64,000 nt of DNA from Eledone cirrhosa (Eukaryota): the NCBI GenBank assembly GCA_964016885.1, contig OZ024744.1, positions 82,832,001-82,896,000 of the forward strand, written 5' to 3'. Positions 41,755 through 55,772 of this stretch are shown piece by piece. The notes beneath the pieces were generated by a model that ran no database searches, had not been told where the DNA came from, and was given only the letters and a program-made list of their open reading frames with translations. Both the position numbers and the translations under genes were made by a program. Each line of letters begins with the position of its first letter. Within the stretch, counting starts at the first letter, position 1.

Positions 41755-42142
41755 TCCAGGAAACTGACTAGCCTGTCTGCTAATATGCAAATCTGTCTGA
41801 TCAGTCGATCTGTTAATATGCATATCTGACTGATCAGCCAGTCTGCTAATATGCAAATCAGGCCGACCAATCACTGCATATTTTAGAAAATATATATTTT
41901 CACTAGCTCTGAGAGTTGGCAGGTGAACAGTGAACTGTACTGATGAAGGGTAATTCCCAGAAACATTAGTATATGCAGTTCTGTTTACATGCCACAACAG
42001 GAGCAAGAATGAGGGGCTCATTCTACTGATATGGCTTTAAAAATGTGGCTTGTTTGCATAATTGCAAAAGAATCGAATATTTTTATTAATATTCGAAAAA
42101 CTCAGATTACATTTATTGTATTCAGACAAGTAGAGCGATAAT
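41755..42142 (+). mobile_element. Hammerhead-bearing pLTR-like repeat, family A
   Basis: gaactgta-CTGATGA-aggg-taatt-ccca-GAAACattaGTA-ta-tgcagttc (41932-41981); copies at 14700-14925, 29745-29920, 55400-55712, 63978-64000. Confidence 0.8.
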
Positions 42143-42159
42143 TATATATATATATTCTT

Positions 42160-42271
42160 CTTATCTTAATATTATAGTTCTGGTATGTCAAATTAATACC
42201 ATAGAAGAACCTTAAATCATAGACAACCTATATATTTCCAGGGGTACTTAGTACCCTTGGGTATATTAACT

Positions 42272-42272
<1 letters not shown>
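42160..42272. repeat. ~112-bp dispersed repeat, also at 38600-38712
   Basis: Near-identical copies with two small hairpins. Confidence 0.8.
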
Positions 42273-42353
<81 letters not shown>

Positions 42354-42661
42354 ATGCATATATATATATATATATATATGCACACACAGACACACACATA
42401 CATATATATATATGTATACATAAATATTTATATGTATTGGTTCTTTTGTTCTGTCGTTGATTTTTGTCCTTTCACTGCAGCTATGAAGAGGCATCGAAAG
42501 TTAAAGGGTGCAGTCGATCGTATCGACAACACTGCTTATTTTTTAAAACGTACTCAATTGTCGAACCGCCTGCACACGCACACAGACATACACGCGCACA
42601 CACACTAAACACACAGACCTGTTTGTCTTCTTTTGACCTTGGATTATATATACATACATGT

Positions 42662-42724
<63 letters not shown>

Positions 42725-42972
42725 CATATAGATAAATAGATAGATACACAGATATATATAACTATGTACATAGATATAAATGCATACATATATATAGAGA
42801 GAGTGTATTTCTTTGCTTGATAAAAAAAAAAGTGTCCCTCATTTCATAGCATGCAGGCTTTACTGACATTTGCCTCTGTTGGTTATCTAAAAGATTAGAG
42901 CTTTGAAACGTGTGACTTCTGCACTTAAGACGATAAGGGATTTTCCTATAGTTATTGTTGTTGTTGTTGTTG

Positions 42973-43021
<49 letters not shown>

Positions 43022-43601
43022 TAATTTCATTTTCTTTGTAGGAAAATTGAGAGCACTATTAACAGATGATAGACATAGGTTAACATTAGGATTAGATATT
43101 ATATGTGTGTGCTGTGAGGATTACAATAAAAATGATAAACATTCACTGATACATATTGGGGTTGAGGGAGGATTTTACATGGAGGGGAAAGTTGACTTCT
43201 CATAGTTAATGCTTACATCATGATGTAAGCATACAGGAATATGCTGATTAACGCACATTAATATTTGCAATGTTTTCATTGCTTACAACAAGGATATGTT
43301 TAATTGTGTGCTTATAGGTAGGTATGTAGAATATTCAGTTTGGTGGCTGTTTGTATATATGTATGTAAGTCGTTGTTACGTGTTATTATGTGTGTACATG
43401 CATCTCTCTATTTTTCTCACTCTCTCTCTCTCTATATATATATATATACTATACAAATTGAAGGTATCACAGCATAAATATTATGTATGATGCTCGTGTT
43501 TCTCAATAGAAAAGCTCAATGGACACTTGTCCAGAGCATCTCTAAATTTGAATTACACACACACAGACACACACAGACGCACTCAGACGCACTCACACAC
43601 A

Positions 43602-43740
<139 letters not shown>

Positions 43741-43854
43741 TGGGGGTGGTGTAACAGAGTATTTGTTTCGATTGCAATTGAAAACATTCTTCCTCTCTTT
43801 GAATACTACTTTTATTTTGAAACTTATTAAGCAAAATATATTCCGGTGTCCTTA

Positions 43855-44010
43855 GATTTAGGACCACCTCCCTAGTCACCACCATCAGCATGGAGTTGGC
43901 TACCCGCAGATGCGAGCCTCACAAACTAGAATTGCTCTTCCAGTGCGTCTCCCTCACCATCCTCCGGGCAGATGCTTTCTCTATTCTGTCAACCGGGGCC
44001 GTGGGGCAGC
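43855..44010 (+). mobile_element. CRE LINE 3' fragment
   Basis: Similar to 41420-41575. Confidence 0.7.
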
Positions 44011-44113
44011 CAGCGCCCAGACCCCTCCCCCTTTGCTTATAATAGTGAGGGATGAGGAGAGCGGGAGAGATGGAGATTCCATTTATTCGATTCAGCCATG
44101 TAGAGCGATAATT

Positions 44114-44340
<227 letters not shown>

Positions 44341-44351
44341 TATATATATAT

Positions 44352-45130
44352 ATATTAAAGTTTAAGCAAAGAATCGGTGCTGTCACCCTTAACGGGATCT
44401 TCTGAAACTAAAAAAATCAATCTGTGAACGCAGAAGCAAATATTTCGAAAAACGTTGCAACCGAAGGAAAACAGGAAGACGATACATTGGTTCATGGAGA
44501 CGTTCCCTAGCAATGAACGGGAAAAAGCGAGGATAATACGTCATTATGTGGAGCGTAGAGAACAATTACATTCAGAGACAAAACCACGTTTATGGTATAA
44601 ATAAGTCATAGACAAATATTCTATTTAGGAAACCGAATGATTCTCGGCTTCAGAGTTAAGAATAATAGTTTCTACTTTTGGCACAAGGCCAGCAATTATC
44701 CCAGTGTATTACAGGTACTTTATTTTATCGGCCCCGTAAGGATGAAAGGCAAAGTTAACCTCGTGGCAATTTGAACTCAGACCATAAAGGGCCGTAACTC
44801 TTTGCTGCAAAGCAAGGCGTCCGACCTTCTACCGATACTGCCAATCCACCGCCCTTTGGATCTAAGAATAATGTAAATAAATTAGTAGAAAGAAAAAGAC
44901 AGAGGTTCATTGCCAGGGATCTGTTTTCCTTCGGTTGTAACGTTTTTCGGAATATTTACTTCTGCGTTCAAAGATTGATTTTTTTAGTTTCAGAAGATCC
45001 CGTTAAGGGTGAAAGCAGCGAATCTTTGCTTCAACTTTAATATGTTATTTTAATAAATATTTGCTCTATATATATTTATTCTTATCAAGCCCTCTTTGGA
45101 TTTTAGTCTTCACATTTATTATTATTACTA
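44352..45130 (+). mobile_element. Fold-back element family C (~125-bp inverted arms plus tail) with nested SINE at 44664-44854
   Basis: 44352-44474 reverse-complements 44921-45042; SINE has TAAGAATAAT TSD; family pieces at 32060-32160, 54211-54362, 55243-55355. Confidence 0.85.
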
Positions 45131-45185
45131 TATATATATATACATACATATATATATATATATGTATCTATACATACACACACAA

Positions 45186-45216
<31 letters not shown>

Positions 45217-45706
45217 ACGAAGGAAATGTGGTAAGGAACCAGATGGACCATAACGCACCAGAGTAGTCAATACTTAGGGTAGTGGAGTGGGTACTATTTA
45301 TATATGGGTAAATTTATATATATACAGTAGGAGTTTGGTTCGATTGTGTTCAGACCTGGTGTGTATATATATATATATATTTATTTACGTCTTTACTGCT
45401 TAACTCTTTAAGTAAAGGATTATTAAACACTTCTTTGGCTCATCTAATATAATATTACAATGTAATATTACAATCTAACCGTTTCACGATTCCTTTACTA
45501 TTATTGGAATCGTGAAATTCATGCCTTTCCAGTCCGTTGAAAACGTTTGGAATTTGCACGCAAGAGAGTTGCGTGAAGTGAATTTGCTCAACACGTTTTT
45601 TTCTTAGATGTGAATCAAAACTGCACTGCAAATTCGTCTTTCGTGCATTTTACTCTACACTATATATAACAGCAACACTTGTAAAATGTGGTTTGGCTTC
45701 TCTTAT

Positions 45707-45890
45707 AATTGTTTCTACTTTTGGCACAAGGCCAGCAATTATAGCAGTGTATTCCTGGTACTTTATTTTATCGCCCTCATAAGGATGAAAGACAATGTTA
45801 ACCTCGGCAGGATTTGAACTGAGACTATAAAGGGCCGTAACTCTTTGCTGCAAAGCATGGCGTCCGACCCTCTACCGATACTGCCAATCC
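45707..45890 (-). mobile_element. tRNA-derived SINE
   Basis: Consensus match. Confidence 0.9.
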
Positions 45891-47102
45891 TATAATGGCA
45901 ACTGGTCGTTTAGCCAAGTAGTTACCGCACAAGCATCTGTTTGATGAAGTCTAACTCGAGTGTAAGCAGCAAAACAACAACGACCACGACGACGACAATC
46001 ACCACCACCACCACCGGCACCACCGGCACCACCACCACAGGCACCACCACCACCACTATCACCGCTTCAACCACCACTACCACCACCACCACCACCACCA
46101 CCACAACCACCACCACCACCAACACCACCGCCACAACAACAACCACCGCCACCACCACCACCACCCTCACTACCACCACTACCACCACCGCCACCACAAC
46201 CAACACCTCTACCAAGACTATGACGACCACCGTAACCACCACGACCAACATCAAAAACACAACCACCACCACCACCACCTGCCACCACCACCCACACCAC
46301 CACCATCACCACTATCCCCATCTAACACCAACACCAAAAACAACAAGAACAACACCATTTATGTACAAATTCAAAGACTATTTTCGAAATCGTTTAAACA
46401 TGTTAGAAGATTTATCTGGCCGAATTAGATGTTCTAGCTATATATTGAGACTTAATTGTTGCATTTATAGAACAGACAGCATAGAACAACAGTATGTGGT
46501 AAGAAATTTAATAATTCATGTTATTTATTTATTTCTCTTCTGCAGAAAACAACAACAACAGCAACAGCAACAATAACAACAATAACAGCACCACCAGGAG
46601 CAGTAACGAAAAAAAAAAAAAAAAAAAAAACATTTCCAGGCGCTCTTTCCACTTCCAAAAATAGTTTATACAGCATCATGTGAAAGCTTCTAATTGTGAG
46701 TATTGGTTTGTCAACACAAGGTCGGGGATATTAGGTCAAAATCATTGACCTTGTTTATTACATTTTCAGCTATTTATCAACATCAAGGTGAGTAAAATTA
46801 AATCAACTTCAAAACAAGAAATCTAATTTACACGAAGACCAACGCCTTGCACTTTAAACTAGACTGAGATGGCAAACCAAGTGTCATCACATACACAAAC
46901 GCATACACAAGAACATACACGTACACACACACGTACACACACGTACAGATACACTTACATACACACGCAAACTCGTTCATGTACCCATACGCGCACACAC
47001 ACACATGCACGTACACACACGCATACCCATGCGCACACAAACACACGCGTACACAAACACTGCACGTACACATACGCATACTGATGCACGTTCACACACG
47101 CG

Positions 47103-47142
<40 letters not shown>

Positions 47143-47378
47143 CGCACACACACGCATACTCATACATGTACACATACGCGCACGCACACACGTACACACA
47201 CGCGCACATTCATACATGTACACATACGCGCATACACATACACAGACGTATATATATATATATACAATCACCAATACATATGCACGAACACACATTCAAA
47301 CATATACGCATAGCGTCATGTACACACCTACACATATATACGTATATATATACATGTGTATACGATCTATTTATATAT

Positions 47379-47415
<37 letters not shown>

Positions 47416-47446
47416 CACATACACGTATACACACACACACACACAG

Positions 47447-47525
<79 letters not shown>

Positions 47526-47592
47526 TATATTTATATATATCTATATCTACCACTCTCTCTCTCTGTATATATATATATGTATATATATATAC

Positions 47593-47634
<42 letters not shown>

Positions 47635-47653
47635 TAGATAATAAAGAAAGATA

Positions 47654-47710
<57 letters not shown>

Positions 47711-47750
47711 CGAAACATAAGTCAATTGTATATATATACAGACATACATA

Positions 47751-47852
<102 letters not shown>

Positions 47853-48406
47853 TACAGACGCATGCATATACACATAGTGTGTACACATTTATGTATATGT
47901 CTCTGTGGATGTATATATGTCTCTGTGTATGCGGGCAATGTGTATATATATGTATATTTATATAATTATATTGCGAGGGAGTTATTATTCTCTGACCAAA
48001 TTAACTATCAGCCCCCTACAGCAGTTGAAATGAACCAAAGAGATAGTGGTCTGCATCTCTCCTTGTCTCCCACCGTAATATCAATACGTTTTTCCTCCTC
48101 CTTCTTCCGCTTCTTCTTCTTCTTCTTATTATTATTATTATTCTTCCTCTTCTCCTCTCCCCTCCCCTCCCCCCTCCTCCTTCCTTTTCTCACTTACCCG
48201 CCACCTCCTCCTACCTCTTTGTGGAGATGATAAATGTTCGGTGAACCACAACTGAAGTAATTTTGCTAAAATTATTTCCGGGATTTACAATTAGATTTTC
48301 TTATGATTAAATTTCCATCTTCTGGATCATCATAATCACCAAGACCGCTATGACGACCAAAACGTCGTCATCATTATGATCATTGACATGATCATAGTCG
48401 TGACTG

Positions 48407-48452
<46 letters not shown>

Positions 48453-48680
48453 TATGATCATCATCATCATTATCATCATCATCATTATCATCATTATCAT
48501 CATCATCATCAGCTGCAGTATGATCGACATCGTCGTGGTGGTGGTCGTCGTCGTCGTCGCAGAACTCAACACCTTTGTCCTTATGCTGACTAAGCACCCG
48601 ACATATAATTTTGACACTTAGGATGATGATGATGATGGTGATTATGATGATGATGATGATGATATTAATGATGGGATAAT

Positions 48681-49134
48681 AATTGTTTCTACTTTTGGCA
48701 CAAGGCCAGCAATTACCCCAGTGCATTACTGGTACTTTATTTTATCGACCCCCGTAAGGATGAAAGGCAAAGTTAACCTCGACGGCATTTGTACTCAGAA
48801 CGTAAATGGACGTAACTCTATGCTAGAAAGCATGGCGTCCGACCCTCTACTGATACTGCCAATAATTGTTTCTACTATAGGCACTAGGCGGCCAGCAATT
48901 TGTGGAGAGTGGGGAAAGTCTATTAAATCGACCCCTGTGTGTCACTGGTACTTTATTTTATCGACCCCGTAAGGATGAAAGACAAAGCCAGACTGGGCAG
49001 GATTTGAACTCAGAACGTAAAGGGCCGTAATTCCATGTCACAAAGCATGGTGTTCGACGCTCTATGATAACAATAATATTAATAATAATAATTGTTTCTA
49101 CTTTTGGCACAAGGCCAGCAATTACCCAGTGCAT
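48681..49134 (-). mobile_element. Three tandem SINE pieces
   Basis: 48681-48862, 48864-49065, 49090-49134. Confidence 0.88.
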
Positions 49135-50200
49135 TTCGCTACAGCTAACAGACAAACGAACACTGCTTGCCCTTCCCGACCAAAATAAGGCGATGAGGAG
49201 ATCTTCATGATGAAGTTGGTTGATAGCCGAATCAATCCTATATGCGATAATAGCTGTTCAACAAAACTCCACAAGTCAGCATTGCTCGGACACTGGATGA
49301 GTGCGCGCAGAACGGTTTCATCATCCTGCGTGTACTATCTCGGATAAGTCCGTCGTAGACTATGTATAGGACTGAAGTTCCTTCCGGTAGCACTGCCAAG
49401 TTAGGGATTTCTGGAAATTGTTCATAGTTCCCTGCTCGAAGGTTTTCCAGAAGAGACTTGTTTGTTCGATTTCGCCGACACTTAAAGTGTCTCCGAGAAC
49501 TCATTGCACTTGTCCACCACAAGACCTCTGTAGAACACTAGAATGGAATATCCACTGCCTGCATTGCCAAGCTGTGAGAGCCTGGCAACATTCCAAATGC
49601 GAAGCGCCTAGACTCGGTCTTCGCCTGACGCACGTAAGCTGCTGTAAGACCTGCCTGACAAAAGCTGTTGTTGCTGTTCGCTACTGGTGCAGCTTCCGTA
49701 GTTGTTGGGATCCCAGTGTTGGCAGCAATGCGGCTCGGTTGTACCCCTCATCCGTTCAGGGTAAAAAGCTCGCAAGTGGCCATTTTCGCCTTATACATGG
49801 CAATGAGTCTTTTTACTTTCAACCAACATTCAGGTCCACGAAGGCGAATTATGTCTGGGGGTCTTGTCTATTTTGTCCGGTCTTATATGGAGCAGTACCT
49901 TCAAGCTGATCCGGACCAGTCTTCTCTGTATGTTCGGAAGGTACCTTCCAGGAAGGTATCATTACAGTTTTCGTAGTCATTTTATTAGTTATCGTGATAT
50001 ACGTATTCAGTTCTCCTGAAAGTGAATCCCAAATCCCAGCTTGGTACGCTTATTATTGCGACTTCGTCGATTCCGAAGACGAATATTCCAGTTTTCAGAT
50101 CAACAGTTCTGCCTGCTTCTGAAATTAACGAACATCCCACAAAAACCCGTTCACTTAATGCAGTTCTCAAGAAGATTCAGTGTGACAGAGTGTATGACAA
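49135..50200 (-). mobile_element. Degenerate L1/Tx1 LINE: ORF1 remnant joined to ORF2 C-terminus
   Basis: Zinc knuckle CHV*GENGHLRAFYP (49758-49802); zf-RVT region NNFQKSLTWQCYR and DETVLRALIQCPSNADLWSFVEQLL...LLAVAK. Confidence 0.75.
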
Positions 50201-50214
50201 GTCCAACACTTCGA

Positions 50215-50371
50215 TTTACAGGTACAATTCATTGTCCAGCTGAATGGACTGGAGTGTCGTGAAATTACATTTCTTGCTCAAGGAGACAACGTGCAACCAG
50301 GAAACGATCTCACAACAACAACATTACAATCGTGGGCTGAACACGCTAACCATCAAGCCATACACCTTCAC
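50215..50371 (-). mobile_element. Second SINE family copy, decayed
   Basis: CTTGCTCAAGGA core; tRNA-like head at the right end. Confidence 0.6.
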
Positions 50372-50501
50372 AACAGTCACTTAACTTCACTTTAACAACA
50401 TCCTACTTTACACGGTGTAATGTCACTTGCATCATTTAACACCAATATTACATCACTACCTACAAACCTAAAAACACATACTCACTCACATATACGCACA
50501 A

Positions 50502-50535
<34 letters not shown>

Positions 50536-50588
50536 ATATACATATATATATATATATATAAACATATATATGTACTTATATATATGTA

Positions 50589-50624
<36 letters not shown>

Positions 50625-50899
50625 CATACATATATGGAACTCTTTCTCTCTTTCCCCCTCCCATCAGCTCCCCCCATCTCCTGTTCTCGCACTCTCTCGA
50701 CCCCCCCCCCCCCTCCCAAACACCTTTCTCACTCTACCACAAGCCTTCATTTCTTGTGTTCTAGCCTCTTTTCAACTCGATTTATTTGTACCAATATCTT
50801 TTTGATGATTGGGTTAAATCGTTAACTAATTCTCTATTAATGGTGTCATTAAATTAAGCTTTCGCTTCTTCAATAACCTTGATTGTCCGAAACAAATTA

Positions 50900-51870
50900 C
50901 TATATTTCTCTCTTTTACTCTCTCTCTCCTTCTTTCTCATTCTCTCTCTATCTATCTCTTCATTCTCTCTCTCCTTCTTTCTCATTCTCGCTCTATCAAT
51001 CTCTTCATTCTCTCTCTCCTTCTTTCTCATTCTCTCTCTATCAATCTCTTCATTCTCTCTCTCCTTCTTTCTCATTCTCTCTCTCTCTCCCTCTTTCTCA
51101 TTCTCTCTCTCTCCCCTTCTTTCCATTCTATCTCTATCAATCTCTTTCTCATTCTCTCTCTCTCTCCCTCTTTCCATTCTCTCTCAACTTCTTTCCTTTC
51201 TTTCTCTATTATCTCATTCTCATTCTCTCTCTCCTTCTTTCCTTTCTTTCTCTATTATCTCATTCTTATTCTCTCTCTCCTTCTTTCCATTCTCTCTCTA
51301 TTATCTCTTTCTCATTCTCTCTCTCTCTCCTTCTTTCCTTTCTCTCTCAACTTCTTTCCTTTCTTTCTCTATTATCTCATTCTCATTCTCACTCTCCTTC
51401 TTTCCATTCTCTCTCTATTATCTCTTTCTCATTCTCTCTCTCCTTCTTTCCATTCTCTCTCTATTATCTCTTTCTCATTCTCACTCCCTCCTTCTTTCCA
51501 TTCTCTCACTATCAATCTCTTTCTCATTCTCTCTCTTCTTCTTTCCATTTTCTCTCTATCAATCTCATTCTCTCTCTCCTTCTTTCTCATTCTCTCTCTC
51601 TCCTTCTTTCCTTTCCTTTCTCTCTCTATTATCTCTTTCTCATTCTCATTCCGCCTCTCTCTCCTTCTTCCTTTTCTCTCTCTCTCTCCTTCTTTCCTTT
51701 CTCTCTCTATTATTTCTTTCTCATTCTCTCTCTCTCCCCTTCTTTCCTTTCTCTCTCTATTATTTCTTTCTCATTCTCTCTCTTTCCTTCTTTCCATTCT
51801 CTCTCTATTAATCTCATTCTCATTCCCCCTCTCTCCCCTTCTTTCCTTTCTCTCTCTATTATTTCTCTAT
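50900..51870. repeat. Polypyrimidine minisatellite (~39-bp unit, degenerating)
   Basis: TCTCTCTCCTTCTTTCTCATTCTCTCTCTATCAATCTCTTCAT variants. Confidence 0.9.
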
Positions 51871-52338
51871 CTCGTCTGAGTCTTAGACTCCATTTCTCCA
51901 CCCTCTCTCTCTCTCTTACCTCCCCTCTACACTCCCCCTCTCACTTTCTCTTTCGGCTTCTTTATCCCGTTATCCTTCCTCACAGTATCTTTCTATGTAT
52001 CAGTCTCCTCTTACCATAATTTCTGTCACATACTCTTCCTCCATATTACTATAGCTACTCTCTCTCTTTATTTCTTTATCATTCTATATTCTCTTGGATA
52101 TATGTGTTTCATTTCAGTTTCATCCTCTCTACTTCTCTCTTCAAAAATTATCTCTTCATCTCAAAAGCTCTCCCGCCTCCCCTCTCTCTCTCCCTCTCGC
52201 TCCAGCACTTTCTCTTTCTCTCTCTCTCTTTCTTTCTCTCTCTCCACTACTTTCTCTTTCTCTCTCTCTCTCTTTCTCGCTCTCTTTCTCTTTCTCTTTC
52301 TCTCTCTCTCTCCATCACTACCCCTTCTCTCTCTAGCA

Positions 52339-52394
<56 letters not shown>

Positions 52395-52442
52395 TTCTCT
52401 TTCTCTCTCTCTCTCTCCAGCACTCCCCCTCTCTCTCCAGCA

Positions 52443-52482
<40 letters not shown>

Positions 52483-52581
52483 CTTTCTTTCTATCTCTCT
52501 CTATCTTCAATCTCAACTCAGGTTTCCGTCGTTTGATATTTCTCTATTTCACACTTTGTAGGCTTATCTTCTTTCCTTCTA

Positions 52582-52677
<96 letters not shown>

Positions 52678-52926
52678 CACACATCCACACTTGATTTCAC
52701 CGTCTCTCCGTATCCCTCACCCTCATCTCCTCACTTTATCTCTCACTCTCCTTCTTTCTCACAAACATACACGTACATACATAAAAACATACACACATAC
52801 ATACATACACACATACATACGTACATACATACATGCATACACACATTCACACACATTTTCTTACACCCCTACATGCGTATATCCTTATCTCTCTTCACAA
52901 CATACTACCATTATTTATCACTTCAA

Positions 52927-53532
52927 GGGCGGTGAATTGGCAGTATCGGTAGAGGGTTGGACGCCATGCTTTCTAGCATAGTTACGTCCCTTTACGATCT
53001 GAGTTCAAATCCCGCCGAGGTTAACTTTGCCTTTCATCCTTACGGGGTCGATAAAATAAAGTACCAGTAATGTACTGGGTATTTGCTGGCCTTGTGCCAA
53101 AAATAGAAACAGTTATTTATCACTTCAAGGGCGTTGGATTGGAAGTATCGGTAGAGCGTCGGACGCTTTGCTATGCTTTGCAGCAAAGAGTTACGACCCT
53201 TTACGGTCTGAGTTCAAATCCCGCCGAGGTTAACTATGCCTTTCATCCTTACGGGGTCGATAAAATAAAGTACCAGTAATACACTGGGTTAATTGCTGGC
53301 CTTGTGCCTAAAGTAGAAACCGTTATTTATCACTTCAAGGGCGTTGGATTGGAAGTATCGGTAGAGCGTCGGACGCTTTGCTATGCTTTGCAGCAAAGAG
53401 TTACGACCCTTTACGGTCTGAGTTCAAATCCCGCCGAGGTTAACTATGCCTTTCATCCTTACGGGGTCGATAAAATAAAGTACCAGTAATACACTGGGTT
53501 AATTGCTGGCCTTGTGCCTAAAGTAGAAACCG
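52927..53532 (+). mobile_element. Three full-length SINEs in tandem
   Basis: TTATTTATC(A/C)CTTCA spacer occurs four times; last two 210-bp units essentially identical. Confidence 0.92.
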
Positions 53533-53652
53533 TTATTTATCCCTTCATGCCAGTGTAATATCCTATGGACCCATTGTTATCCAACATGGTACACATACAC
53601 ACACACGAACACTCATACATCAGAGATACATGCACGCATACATACATGTGAT

Positions 53653-53696
<44 letters not shown>

Positions 53697-53709
53697 TACA
53701 CACACACAG

Positions 53710-53753
<44 letters not shown>

Positions 53754-53754
<1 letters not shown>

Positions 53755-53874
53755 TGAAGGCGTGTGGCTGAGTGGTTAGAGAATTGGATTCACAATCTTG
53801 AGGTTGTGAGTTCAATTCCTGGACCAGGCGATGCGTTATGTCCTTGAGCAACACACTTTATTTCACGTTGCTCC
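53754..53874 (+). mobile_element. Second tRNA-derived SINE family (CORE/V-like)
   Basis: TGGCTGAGTGG A-box, GAGTTCAATTCC B-box, TGTCCTTGAGCAACACACTT. Confidence 0.75.
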
Positions 53875-54077
53875 TTCTACGTGGAGTTGCGACCAATAGA
53901 TAGTACTAGCAATTGGAAAGACCAACGGGAACATTGTTTCCTCGGTCTTGACGAAAGTCGATCGATCCTTTTTTCTTTTATATATATATACACACACGCA
54001 TATATCTATCTATAGATACATAGATACACAATATAAACACTCACACACAAATATATATATATATATATAGTAATAAT

Positions 54078-54210
54078 AATGGTTTCTACTTTTGGCACAA
54101 GGCCAGCAATTATCCCAGTACATTACTGGTTCTTTATTTTACCGACCCCGTAAGGATGAAAGGCAAAGTTAACCTCGGCGTGATTTGAACTCAGACCATA
54201 AAGGGCCGTA
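54078..54210 (-). mobile_element. SINE inserted in family C tail
   Basis: Consensus match. Confidence 0.85.
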
Positions 54211-54355
54211 CTAAAATCCGAAGAGGGTTCAATAAGGATAATATATATATAAAAATATATAAAAACCGTAGAGCAAATATTTATTAAAATAACAGTTTCA
54301 GAAGATTCCGTTCAGGGTGAAAGCAACGATTCTTTGTTTGGACTTTAATCTGTCA

Positions 54356-54454
<99 letters not shown>

Positions 54455-54472
54455 GGGGGGGGGGGGGGGTAT

Positions 54473-54503
<31 letters not shown>

Positions 54504-54589
54504 CTTGTGTGTGTGTGTGTATATAAAAAAACCCAGAAATAACACAATCGGTACAGTATTTGGAAGAAATATATTACGTTAACGCTTGA

Positions 54590-54715
54590 AATAGCAGGAA
54601 GAGGGTCTTAACGTTTTGGACGCTAGTCCTTCATCAGAAGTAAGAATTGAGAAATTAGAAAGATTGAAGGGACGGGCGGGGCGGAATCGGAAAAATATTT
54701 TTAGAGAAAAAAAAT
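54590..54715 (-). mobile_element. pLTR-like repeat with minimal hammerhead (copy of 37105-37230)
   Basis: Reverse-complement similarity. Confidence 0.8.
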
Positions 54716-55199
54716 ATCCTGGGGCCTGATCTAGTGGTGTTGGTAGTGAGTATAGGACGAAGAACTCAATATTTTGTATTATATATTTATTCTATTCATT
54801 TTTATATATTTATTCTATAACATAGCTAAGATATTCCAGCAAGATGAGTGTTCACTAGACCTATATGGCGATAGAACTCAAATGACTATAATAACAGTTC
54901 ACTACAAATAAAATTTAAGAAAAGCGTGTAAAGTACCGCTAGAGACGGAAAGATGAGGAGTGAGTTGCTTGCGAGACTTCGAACCTGTTGTTTATTCAAA
55001 GAACTGGTGGCACATGCCACCAGTTCTTTGAATAAACAACACCACATTGCGGATCTTGGCATATGAACGAATTTACACGGTAAACTCTATTCCATACTTA
55101 TGCTTCCCTTTTTTTCTGTTCAATAATGGTTATCACCGAAATATATATTACAGCGAATATGAATGAAGTTAATTTTAACATGTTGACTTACACTTCTTG

Positions 55200-55247
<48 letters not shown>

Positions 55248-55399
55248 ATAATAATAAATTTGAAGACTAAAATCCAAAGAGGGCTCGATAAGGATAAATA
55301 TATATCAAAAGCAGCGATTCTTTGCTTAAACTTTAATCTGTTATTTTAATAAATAAATAAATAAATAAATATATATATATATATATATATATATTAACT

Positions 55400-55708
55400 A
55401 GTTATCGCTCTGCATGGCTGAATACAACAATACATGTATTCAGCCAGTCTGCTAATATGCAAATCAGGCCGATCAGTCACTGTATATTTCAGAAAATATC
55501 ATATATTTTCACTAGCTCTGACAGTTGGCAGGTAAGTGGTAAACTGCACTGATTAAGGGTAATCACCCAGAAACATTAGTGTTTGCAGTTCTGTTAACAT
55601 GCCAACACAAGAGCGAGAATGAGGGGTTCAATTCTACTGACATGGCTTATTAAAGAGGCTGTTTGCATAATTTCATATTACTAGTAATATTCGAAACACT
55701 CAGATTAC

Positions 55709-55712
<4 letters not shown>
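55400..55712 (+). mobile_element. Family A element with 5' inverted piece of its own 3' end
   Basis: Hammerhead-like 55542-55591 (CTGATTA); 55402-55427 is the reverse complement of the family 3' end. Confidence 0.8.

Positions 55713-55772
<60 letters not shown>

Noticed and set aside
45941-46576. Thr-rich mucin-like ORF
   Set aside because: (ACC)n repeat like others in the window; no signal peptide
49418-49909. 163-aa plus-strand ORF
   Set aside because: Antisense to the L1/Tx1 remnant
50879-52019. Long Ser/Leu/Phe-rich membrane-like ORFs
   Set aside because: Pyrimidine minisatellite
52927-53532. tRNA genes or CRISPR-like array
   Set aside because: SINE heads without full cloverleaf; no unique spacers; eukaryotic DNA
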